From Octopus bimaculoides (taxonomy: Eukaryota), in NCBI RefSeq assembly GCF_001194135.2, contig NC_068986.1, positions 72,655,471 through 72,719,470 of the forward strand: a stretch of DNA of 64,000 nucleotides, given 5' to 3'. The stretch's first letter is position 1. Each line of letters starts with the position of its first letter. Both the position numbers and the translations under genes were made by a program. Positions 51,333 through 61,739 of this stretch are shown piece after piece. The notes beneath the pieces were generated by a model. That model was not told where the DNA came from, made no database searches, and was given only the letters and a program-made list of their open reading frames with translations.

Positions 51333-54049
51333 CTTTGAAAGAACAGAAGCTATATTATAAATTTTAGTTAAAACTTCAAAAGCAAAATAACCATTCTATC
51401 TAACACTCTCACATACACTCAGATCACACAAGACACCTACCGGACAAATGTTACTAGAACAGAAATGGTCAAAGATTACAAAACTACATTTTAAAGAAAG
51501 CATCTGGTAAAAGTTCAGCTGGTAGTTACAGACAGGAACAATATGTTACTGAACAGTAACCACTAAACTGAGCTATAAACCCCAGGACCAGCCAGCTGAG
51601 CTGGACCAGCAGTGAAGTTTATTATTCAGTGTTGCAAAGACAGCATGTAAAAGTTCAAGCTGTTACAGCCACAAAACTTATGTTGATTTAATGAGAAACT
51701 CATTTCACCGAGTTCCTTGAATCTTTCTAAAATATATATCCAAATCTGATTTTGGAAAACTGCACCAAATGTTAAATAGTTTGCTTTAACAAGTTTCCTA
51801 GTTATTTATCATTATAATTAAAATTTTAAATAATTTAAATTACTCTAGAAAAAAATGTAAATATGAAGATGAACAGTGAAATTTGAAAATTAAAGTATCT
51901 TTAAATTATATAAAAAATATTTAAAAAAAAAAAAAAAGGAAAAAAGACTTAATGCCAGATGCTTTATAAAGTTTATATAGTAAACTAAACTAAAAACACT
52001 GATCACAAAATATGAGGAGGATTACAATTACCTCTCCTTGTACATTGCCATGTTTCTACGTCATTCACTAGCCCTGATAGATTGACCAAGTGACATCTAA
52101 TGGATGCGAGCAACCCTATTGCCAAAAGGAGAAGCAGCTTTGTGTGCGCCCATCCAGCCAGGATGGGGAAAGAAGAGGTAAGAGGTAACAAGCTTGCACT
52201 GCCTGTGCACAGCTGCCGAGGAAGCGGTGGCACCCGCCTGCCACACAGCCAGTCAGTTCAGAGTGGACTTCCCAGAAGACCAACCACATTGTGGGACTTC
52301 AGCCAGAGTGGAATAACGACAAGTACCAATTGGAAGAGTGGACCAGTGCAAAATAAGCGGAGCCAACACGTTCTGTAAGATGGTTCTATTCCAAGCCAAA
52401 AGGGAGCCAGCACGTAGGAAGAGGGCAGGCCACCCTCAGTTGGTTAGAAAGGGAAAACCTCCAGCCAGCCAGAACTTTAGCGCAACCCCAGATACATCTG
52501 ATTGCTTTGAGACCACTGCCCTCACGCACTCAGTATTTTGGACAGGCCAGTTCAACCCAAAAGCGTCTCATCGGCTGTCATCTGTACAAGCTTTCAGGGG
52601 AGAGGAAGAGTAGTTACAAGTCAGATGACATAATTAGTACACATTTCTAATAAAAAGGGCTTTCAGTATTTGTTTTGACTATACTTTTTATGTAAATATT
52701 TTATTACATCCTCAAGCAAAATGCATCTCTGATAAAAAGATGTATACCATACACACACACATATTTAAAGCATTCACTCTCACATGCAACTTTTACAATT
52801 TAAGAAAGGAAACCGTCATCACTGTACATTCATGCTGAATAAAACTATTCAAATAAATGTAAAGTGATGTCAGTCCTTTGGATATTTTGTCCCAATATAT
52901 TAAATTTTATGATTGTTTAAACAAGAACAAAACAAACACTTTAAAAGCCCCTTTTTCATAATGTAATAACCATCACAATATTAAAAATAACAAGAGATTC
53001 AACATTCCAAGTTTGAAGCAATACAAGCCTTGGTAATTAAACCTTATTTAATAAGTCACCTTAGTTGCATTAATTAGTTGTCTTTTATAATAGGAAGACA
53101 TTGGAATAAAAGAATCTCGTGTCAATCAAATATTAGGGATTCTGTAGAAAATAAACAAAAATTAGGCCCACTATAAATATAATCAACACTAAAACAATCA
53201 AAGTGAGATTAAATTAAAATTATTGTGATGTGTAATTGTCCTTTTTTAAAAAGATAAAACACCACGGAAGTGAAACCAAATTGGAAAAATCTTGCTTGAA
53301 AATCAAATACATCAACTTTTAAATATCAAGCAGAGTGCCAATTTAGCATCAATATTTATAGTGGGCCCACATAAGATACAAAACAATCTAGGGAAGTTGG
53401 CAAACATAATTACAACTACATATTCCACACCCCAAAAAATGCCCAGAACGAAGGAGAAAAGGGACGTAAATAAAATATTTTTCTTTCATCCTTTCCTGGG
53501 ACATTTGCTGTCAACACTGGAGTTTCCATCTTCACAAGAAATCTTGTTTCTGGTCGTCTTAATCACATTGCTAGATAATTCACAACTCGAGTTAAATCAA
53601 TCGGCAAATGTTCTCAATAGAAGTTGCAAATCCATTCTGATCAGTTTTGGTACATTTTTAGAGAGGGGGGGAGGGAAAGAGAATTACACTAGTAGCTTTA
53701 AACCAACCCACAAAGTGGTCCCTTTTCAATAAAAGAAATTTTAAGTGAATAATTAAAATCAAGTACAATGCAGTTTCAACTTTAAACATGCATTTTCCTA
53801 ATCAACACAATATGAATTTACAACAAATATGAAAAAAAAAAACAAATATTACAATTTTAAAAATAAAACAGCATTTACTAAAGCTTTAAGATATTCTCTA
53901 CAAAATCTGCCAAACTAGGTCGGACAAGTAAATAGTAATTGCTAAATTAAATTAATTACTAAACAGATTCCCAAACCTAGTTCAGCAGATACATAAAGTG
54001 TCGCTGTTGAAATACATAAGATAAGAAAAAAAATCAAATTCATAAATAC

Positions 54050-54119
54050 CTGCCAACTGACTCTAGATGATAAATTTTCAACTATAAGTCTGAACTCTGT
54101 CCTTGTGGGAGGCCCATAC
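54050..54119 (-). CDS. SRSF4/5/6: SRSF4/5/6 exon ending in the SWQ motif
   Basis: TAGCAG| acceptor and CAG|GTATTT donor. Encodes (K)[23 protein letters not shown]. Together with the next exon it forms the diagnostic SWQDLKD pseudo-RRM motif. Confidence 0.97.
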
Positions 54120-54572
54120 CTGCTATGAATTGAGAAACACAAAAAATCTGAAATTTTGTGTATGATCAAAAACTGAAAGATGCAAGCTCCTACTGTAAAA
54201 GTATTTTGAATGTTCTGTCCCCAGGGAATGCCATCCCAATTCAATTGAATGATACTAACAATGGCTTTGTGTAAATACAGAAATTATTACTTGACCTTTG
54301 GCAGCCCAATCAAGATCATGGAAACAATGGCACATTTTCACTAACCTGCTGTTAAAAGCATTAAAAATTACAGATTCAAAGCTTAATTTACAAAGGTGGT
54401 TATAATCTGCAGTCATGCATACATTACACAAGACCATATTTCTAAGTTCATTATACTCTTACAATTAATATACTTGAGCATTTTAAAACTTGTAACTGTT
54501 CACCCACTACACAAAAACACTATATCAACCTAAGCTATTTAGAAAGAGCACCAAAAAAAATGATATCCTCAC

Positions 54573-54677
54573 TTGTCTCTGCCTCCTCGGCGACGGGGTG
54601 GAAAGCGTGAACCCCTATCTCTATCACGCCAACTTTCCTCGCTCCTTGGTAACCCACGAGCATGTTCCACAATCACT
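54573..54677 (-). CDS. SRSF4/5/6: SRSF4/5/6 RRM1 end and linker exon
   Basis: TTTTTATCCAG| acceptor and AA|GTGAGG donor. Encodes (R)VIVEHARGLPRSEESWRDRDRGSRFPPRRRGGRD. Confidence 0.96.
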
Positions 54678-55289
54678 CTGGATAAAAAGATCAGCAACTT
54701 AAGAAAACATTTACTATAAAACATTACAAAAGAAAACCATTTTAAAGAGTCTTCAACTAGTTGTACATCAAACCATACTTCCTAATGCACAACCACTTTT
54801 CCAGGAACATCATTTAAGTTTGACTAAATATAATCATGGATTTTGCATTGGTAAATACAGTCAACAGAAGCTCCATACATTTATCTTAAAATCCTTGCTA
54901 TTTCCAGTACAAATTCTATCATGCAGCACAATTTCTACATACCTATGCAGTGTTTTTTCTCCAGTCTACCCAAAGTTCTAATTGCCTATCTGCCAATAAT
55001 CCAGTTTTAACTGGCATACCTCATTCCAATTTCTAAAACATTTTGCAATCCAAGCAATTGAGCAAAAACTAGACTGAACTGAATATTCTTTTAGAGCTAA
55101 ATTTCACCTATATTGTTAGCATATAATCACTTCTCACAAAAGCCTACTCTAAGACAAAAAAAAATTCACACATAATAGTGCCTTGCACATTGGAAGAAGA
55201 ATCTGGAGAAAGGATACAATACATATTTTCAGGAAAATAAGAAATTAAAGAAAACTTCGAACTAATTTATAATAATTTCCTTGACTTAC

Positions 55290-55360
55290 CTCTCACCACA
55301 TAGTTCTTTACCATTTAACTCATATACTGCATCATCAGCATCCCTATAATCTTCAAATTC
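55290..55360 (-). CDS. SRSF4/5/6: SRSF4/5/6 RRM1 exon
   Basis: Pyrimidine tract then AAAG| acceptor and AG|GTAAGT donor. Encodes EFEDYRDADDAVYELNGKELCGE. Confidence 0.97.
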
Positions 55361-55538
55361 CTTTAAAAAAAGGGGGGGAAATGTATATTCAAAAAAATCA
55401 TTCGAAAGGAAAGAAAAAGGGTTAACGTTCATAAAGAATGCAATTGTTTACATTAATGTAACGGTGAAACACTTTAAAATTACAAGGAATTTTCGATGAC
55501 TAATTAATGAAAACCAAAACTTCAGGGAAATCACTTAC

Positions 55539-55661
55539 AACAAATCCATAGCCATTTTTCAGCATGATGTCTCTGATTCTACCGAATCCGCGGAAAAATC
55601 TCTCCACATCTTTCTCTCTGGCATGGTAAGACAAACGACCAATATACACTCGAGTTCCCAT
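55539..55661 (-). CDS. SRSF4/5/6: SRSF4/5/6 first RRM1 exon
   Basis: TTTGCTTTCCAG|ATG acceptor and GTT|GTAAGT donor. Encodes MGTRVYIGRLSYHAREKDVERFFRGFGRIRDIMLKNGYGFV. Confidence 0.97.
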
Positions 55662-55777
55662 CTGGAAAGCAAACAGGAATAGATTTACTTATGGTGAAAC
55701 TTGTTAAAAAGAAAATCAAATCTTATCAAACCAAAGATAATAAGAATCCAGCTATTTATCAGCTTAAAATTACTCAC

Positions 55778-55816
55778 ACGAGAAGTAGCCACGTCGTCCA
55801 TTGTAGTTTATATCGG
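55778..55816 (-). CDS. SRSF4/5/6: Predicted 39-nt upstream exon of the SRSF gene carrying an in-frame ATG (MDDVATSR, 55801-55778)
   Basis: CTGTCTCCCTTCAG| acceptor and CGT|GTGAGT donor. The ATG lies in ACTACAATGG context, 24 nt from the exon end, in frame with the next exon. Confidence 0.6.
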
Positions 55817-57000
55817 CTGAAGGGAGACAGCAGGATACTCGTTCAATCAAGATAATGGAGATAGTGTGTGTGTCTCGTTAGTCACACTTCACTATTATTG
55901 GAGTATCGTTAAATCGGTTGATCTAGGAAGGAGTCTCAGCAGATAGATTACTCTGTAGTGATAGTAGCAGCCTTAGAGAGGAGGGTTGTGTCACACGTGG
56001 CGCCTGGTACCTACACCAACTTTAATAGTAGTTACTGGTAAACTTAGTTGTGCCTAGACAGAAAACCAAAGAACACTCAGAAAATGATCCATATACTTCA
56101 GGTGGGAAGGGGGAACCACACATAGTTAGTGGCGAATTAGTGTAAAAGTCGAATAAATTAGAATACATTTTGTCGACTTAATTTTTCATCGTAAATACAG
56201 AAAAATTCAAAAAAGTGAAAATAACATTTCTAGCGGTAGGTTTACTTTTGAGTTAATTATCTCGGTAATGCTCCATCATAATTAGTTAAAAGTTGGTGGA
56301 TTGATCCAAAAGATCTAATTTTTCATCATAATGGGAAAAAGGATTCTATAACAAAAGTATTTTTATACAAAATTTCAATGATACCGATTTTGCTAACGAT
56401 TGTGATTTCATTTTTTCGAGTTATTTAATTGAGTTTTCGCTCGGAGGTGAGAACAAATTTTTGAGCTTAAAGCCTTTACTACCCACAACTATGAAAATAA
56501 ACGTATTTTATCTAGTTAATATTAAAACAAGCTCGCCATTACTCAGCAGAATGGGGTCAACGCAGCATGCTGCTTTTTTAGGTCATCCAATTGACGGCGG
56601 CAAGTCACGTTGAAAATTAATGCGAAAACCTCGTTATTTAAACTACACTAGTTAAATGTTTGCTAACTTTTCCGTCTTTAAACATGATTATTTGTTAAAG
56701 ATACAATAATAAAAAAACGTTTTAAAAAAATAATCAAATAAAACTACTAAACACGGAAAGGGAAAAAATAATGAAGCAACATCCAACGTAAAGGTTTTTT
56801 TTTTTTTTGAAATATACAAGTTATAGTTAAACATCTAAAAATGAAATTTTTATAATTGCGGGGATAATGTGAATAATGATTACATAATCAATTTCTATAA
56901 GTAGTCTTTATATGGTTCCAAAATAATTAAGGCCTTTGTGGCGAAGAAGAGTAGAAGGAAGAAGGCGGAGGTATTTAAACAAACAAAAAAACTGCATCAA

Positions 57001-57009
57001 GCGGGAAAA
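57001..57009 (+). promoter_or_regulatory. E2F-like site in the intergenic promoter interval
   Basis: GCGGGAAAA is the reverse complement of TTTTCCCGC. Motif match only. Confidence 0.25.
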
Positions 57010-58780
57010 CCATTCTACAATTTACAAAATAGAAAAAAAATTCAAAGTTTTAATTTATGGTATAAGGATATAAATAAGGGGGAAATGGCTATTTTTAAAA
57101 TGATTAGATAAAATTAGTTCAGATATACTAATTTGAAACACTATAGCAGAGGACTAGAAGGTAAAAACAAAAAAACATTGTCATAAGCGAATGGTTTTTG
57201 AGAAATATTACATGATGAGACCTAACATTATTTAAATTTGATAACTAGAGCAATTCAGAAGAGAAAAATAAACTTATTCAAAGTGTAAATATTTGGTTGA
57301 CGTTTATAAAATGTGGAGTTAGTGGTCTGTTTGTATTTAAGATAGAATTTAATAAACTGCTATAAGAAGATACTGGATTTATTTAAAAGAATGTTTCAAG
57401 TGAAATGTGATTTGTTTCTGTAAATTCATCCTTTCCTTCTACACTAAGTCGATGTGCAATTTGAAGAAATTTATAAGGAATGGACAAGAATTAAAAGATA
57501 AAGCTTATAAAAGTGATTCCACATGCAATGATTCTTGAGAGATTCCGGGTCCAGTTTGTAATAGAACAGAAAAACTTGGATAGAAATTGCCGGTCAAAGT
57601 TAACTTGATGATGAGTTCATAAATATTGTTCGCCAGCTTAGTGAGAAAATCTGCTTCGAGAAACTAGATTAAATTTAACAAATAACGTGATTTTTTTTTA
57701 ATATATATATATATTTTAGAAAACTAACATTAAATAATTTCGATCAACTCATATATATTAACGGTAAGATTTTGTAGTAATCAAATTCAGATAATTTCGA
57801 TTAATATTTCCGTTTTTTCTTCTACACAGAAAAACTACAACTGAATAATAGATAATAGCAAAATTGTATTAAAATTAAAATTTAAAATATTTCCTTCCAG
57901 TTATCCAAAAAAAAAGATGTTCAAAAGATGAATTGGTGAGAGAAATTAGAAATTAAGTGAAATACTTACATTTCACAATTAGTCAGCTTGGAAATTGTAA
58001 TAATGACCGGCAATAAAGAACAATAAGTACAGAAAAGAACCGGCCTTGATGAAAGTTTCACTTAAAAGACGTGGTACTTGTAGATATATACACACACATA
58101 CAGAAACGTATAGAAAGACATACACATATCGATATACATACATACACGTCTTTCAGATTACATATGTGGGGATCACTATTTTGCTGCACGGGCTGAAAAA
58201 CGTTACTTAATTTCATATATCTTCTTTTCTTTTTCAATTTTAATTAATGAATATTCTACCAAATATTCTATCTAAAATTTTCATATATGCTGTACAGAAG
58301 TTTTTTCAATAATTATTTTTGTGAAATTTAATTGTTCATTCGTATCATTATTCACTTCCGGTATTGTGTTAGATTACGAACTAAATATTATGAATATTTT
58401 TTTCTTTCATAATTAAAAAATTTTCAGTCAGAAATTATCCTAATTATTTTAAAGGAATATCTCAAAAATTATTAGGATACTTTTAAAATAAATTCTAATT
58501 ATTCATATGAGTGAGTGTATATTGCAGCACCATCACTCACGTTTACTGCGGGATTTATGTTACACCCCACCCCTAAAAAAAATTATTATTGTTCTAGAAG
58601 CTCGGTTTCAATTTTGTTTACATGCGAAGAAAATTATTTTTCGTTCTTTCTGTTAATGTATTGGAAGTCTGTTATCGATTTTGACTGCTGCACTTTTTAT
58701 ATAGATTTTTTCTTCCTCTTAAATGTCTTTATTTTATTTTATTTTTTATATTCTAAACTTTTATAAGACAAATAAAAATT

Positions 58781-58793
58781 AAATGGCGGGAAA
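58781..58793 (+). promoter_or_regulatory. Overlapping YY1-like and E2F-like motifs ~190 bp upstream of the ATG at 58977
   Basis: AAATGGCGG and GGCGGGAAA form a GC island inside a near-pure A/T tract. Motif match only. Confidence 0.35.
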
Positions 58794-58976
58794 TTATTTT
58801 TTTTATATAAAAAATAAAATTAAAATTTATAACAATTTGATAATAAATTGTAATTTTTATTAATTCATCACTTATTTTGGTATTTATGAAATAGCAAATA
58901 ATAAAAAATAAATAAAATATAATTATTACTTGTAAGAATAACGGAGTGTTATCGTGGTTTTCCGTCGACACGAATA

Positions 58977-59147
58977 ATGGCGGGAGCCCCCCCACGAAGT
59001 AAGAGGAAAGTTATGAGTGAGGTTTTATTTGCCGCTACCAGACATTATTACCCTGGAACGCACTCGATTCGCCATATTGGGACTTGTTATTCTGGCAACA
59101 TCGCTCTCGATGCGGACAGACTTAACAGGGACGAATCGACTCCGAAG
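58977..59147 (+). CDS. Probable first coding exon of an unidentified gene (57 aa, phase-0 donor)
   Basis: Strong Kozak AATAATGG and donor AAG|GTATGT. GC/CpG-rich, non-repetitive frame MAGAPPRSKRKVMSEVLFAATRHYYPGTHSIRHIGTCYSGNIALDADRLNRDESTPK. No second exon was recognised before 64000. Confidence 0.7.
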
Positions 59148-61006
59148 GTATGTCGTGAAAGATTTGTATGTATGTACATATATATCTATATATAATTTTT
59201 TTTTCTCTCTCACTCTCTCGCTGCCTGACACGGGTGGCAAAAAGACATGCAAACCCAGTCTTTTCGTCGTGTAGTAGCGTTGTTATTTTTACACTAGCTG
59301 CTTTCTCTAAGCTGTTAGTAATGTAGCGGTCGCTGCTGTATTGCTGATAATTTTCTTTCGTCGAAACAGGATTTTATGTATCGCTTACTGTTTGTCTTTG
59401 AATTTTTCCTCGGCAAATATTTCTATAGATCTGGTAAAGTCAGCTGTCACACGAGCCCGTTTACTAATCACGAACTAATATAAATAAATATGTGTGTATG
59501 TGTATATATTATACACACACACTTTCCCTCTAATTCGTGAGTTTTAATTATATTTAGTTGCATCGTATCCAATCCTGCCAATGATTAAATACACTCGAGT
59601 CACCTTCGTTATTTATCTTGGTCAATTTTTATTTTTTTAAGTATCTCTGTTTGATAATTAACTAAGATGTGAACAACTGAAGAAGTAAAAAGTCCCTTAT
59701 TAACATTGACGTAATGATATTTTTCTTGTTTACCCTTCTCAGAAGTCTGGTGAAATCTAGGCTTTTCAACCTTGTAGACTGGATCCAAATTGACAAGCCG
59801 ATCCTTTTTAATGTAAATGCTTGTATTTACCTTATTACTCTCAGCTCAAAGTTTCATTACCTTTCGTGAACAACTTCCTTAGTTGTTTATCCCTAAGTTC
59901 TTAGATCTGATCAAGTAGAGCTGTGTGTTCCAGCCGTGGTTACTCCCTTTTAATATACCAAGGACTATATTACCCAATATCCCACTTTTTAAAACGATAG
60001 CGTTATAATCTGAGGGAGATTTGGCTGTTTTTCCTAGCAATGGAGCAACCGCCTAAAGGTTCCTAGTGTTTTCTAGACAGCTATTAAGTCGTCTTTATCT
60101 AATTTAGAGTAATTTCACTTGGCTAAAATTGAACTTGTGTCTCCAGTGTGATTACCAAATCTTTTCATTAAGGTAGTCTTGAGAGAAAGATTATTGTAAA
60201 AAAGAATTATTTCATTTTTGATCAAAGATTGGAATCAATGTTCGTCTGCTGTGTTTTATACAGTATTGATATGGCATTACTTTCAAGACACATAAACCTG
60301 GTTTATTTCACAAGATTAATTGATTCCAAATCACGCTGTGGTATTGAGTCTTTTTGATACTTTCATATTAAATAGGCGTGTATAGTATGTAACTGATTAC
60401 TAATTATGTAATAATTTGTTTTTTTTATATTGGTTACTAATCATGTAATAATAATAGTAAAGATTTATATTCATTACTTATTATATAGCAATATTTTGGC
60501 AAATTCTTGTTTGCTTGGTTCAAGATGTTATGTCCTGTTCCTCTTTGTGTCTTGGATGTTTCCTTGAATTTTATTCTCTACAAAAGCCCTCGATGATAAC
60601 GGCCACTAAATTGTTGCTCGGCATACTAACAATAGCTGCTAAATATCCCTCAATTTATATCTTATCCTGTTGTTTTGAATTTTAAAAAAATCGTACATTA
60701 GATAATGTAGACTTCGATATTTTTAAGATGCAGTGATAAAACTAACACTTTTAATCATTGGTCTTGTTCAATCAAAACTGACTGGGAATGCTACTCCTTC
60801 CCCTTCTTCAATGAATCAAATTTGAGATTACAAGCATTCGATATATTTGACATGTATATAGTTATCAGCTAAATAGAGGGATCAAAGATACTTTGACCTT
60901 CATTTCTTACCTCTTCAAGATATCTAGCATTCATTTGATTGCTGGTTATCATTTTGTAGTAGCTCCTTTATTAACCACAGGGGCTGGAAACATGAAATAC
61001 ACAATG

Positions 61007-61270
61007 AACCAAAGCCTTGCGAGTGGATTTGTTAGACAGAAACTGAAAGAAGCCCGTCATGTGTTTGTGTTTGTCCCCACCACCGCTTGACAACCGGTGT
61101 TGGTATGTTTACTTCTCCGTAACTTAGCAGTTCGGCACCAGTGACCGATAGAATAAGTACCAAACTTTTGAAAAAAACAAGTACTGGGGGCGATTCGTTC
61201 GACTAAAAATTCAAGGCGGTGCCCCAGCATGGCCCAGTCTAATGACTGAAACAAGTAAAAGGTAAAAGAT
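61007..61270 (+). mobile_element. SINE family A, 3' part (relatively young, CpGs kept)
   Basis: CCAAAGCCTTGCGAGTGGATTTG...CACCACCGCTTGACAACCGGTGTTGG...GGCGGTGCCCCAGCATGG...GACTGAAACAAGTAAAAG. Confidence 0.85.
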
Positions 61271-61739
61271 GACATGTGGAACTGCTTTTTTAAATTAAAA
61301 TTTTTTTTTTTTTCGTCACTGACGACAGTCTTCTAACTCTATTTGGGCTCTCCCATCTTCGCAAATGGATGATGTGGTATTTATGAGAGAGGGCTTTGCA
61401 CAAAGTAACCTGACGTTTCTAGACTGGGAGATGTCTCTGCATTGTTTGCTTCTGGGGTTGAGGACGAGGCAGGTTTACCACGATAATGCTTGGTATTACT
61501 GGTGGTGTTACTAGCTGGAACAATTACCTTCGGACGCCTCTGCTTAATCTTGGTTTATTGCCACAGAATCGGTACCACAATAGCCTTGAAGGTCTGAGAG
61601 GTCATCAAGACTTCTAAATCCATACTAACCCCTCCCAACCTCATATCTCTTGTTCCTTGGGCACTTAACACTTGTTCATATTTACAATTGCATCGACAGA
61701 CCAATGGTTACTATAAACTATGCTCCTATACTTTCGTTT

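Noticed and set aside
51441-51715. Another cassette exon ending at CCG|GUAGGU (51441)
   Set aside because: The donor is plausible, but I found no upstream acceptor with a pyrimidine tract.
52032-52620. GC-rich block as telomerase RNA or as a protein-coding nested gene (ORFs 52003-52233, 52100-52378, 52338-52613)
   Set aside because: There is no CUAACCCU-type template (only CUAACC). The ORFs are short, overlapping and motif-free. Splice signals fit an exon of the host gene better.
52660-52830. Possible box C/D snoRNA (sense GUGAUGA at ~52824 and CUGA at ~52665)
   Set aside because: No terminal stem or internal C'/D' boxes, and the interior is low-complexity AT/TG.
56000-58977. Classical compact bidirectional promoter
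   Set aside because: The two starts appear to be about 3 kb apart, so separate promoters are just as likely. Recorded only as a shared CpG-retaining domain.
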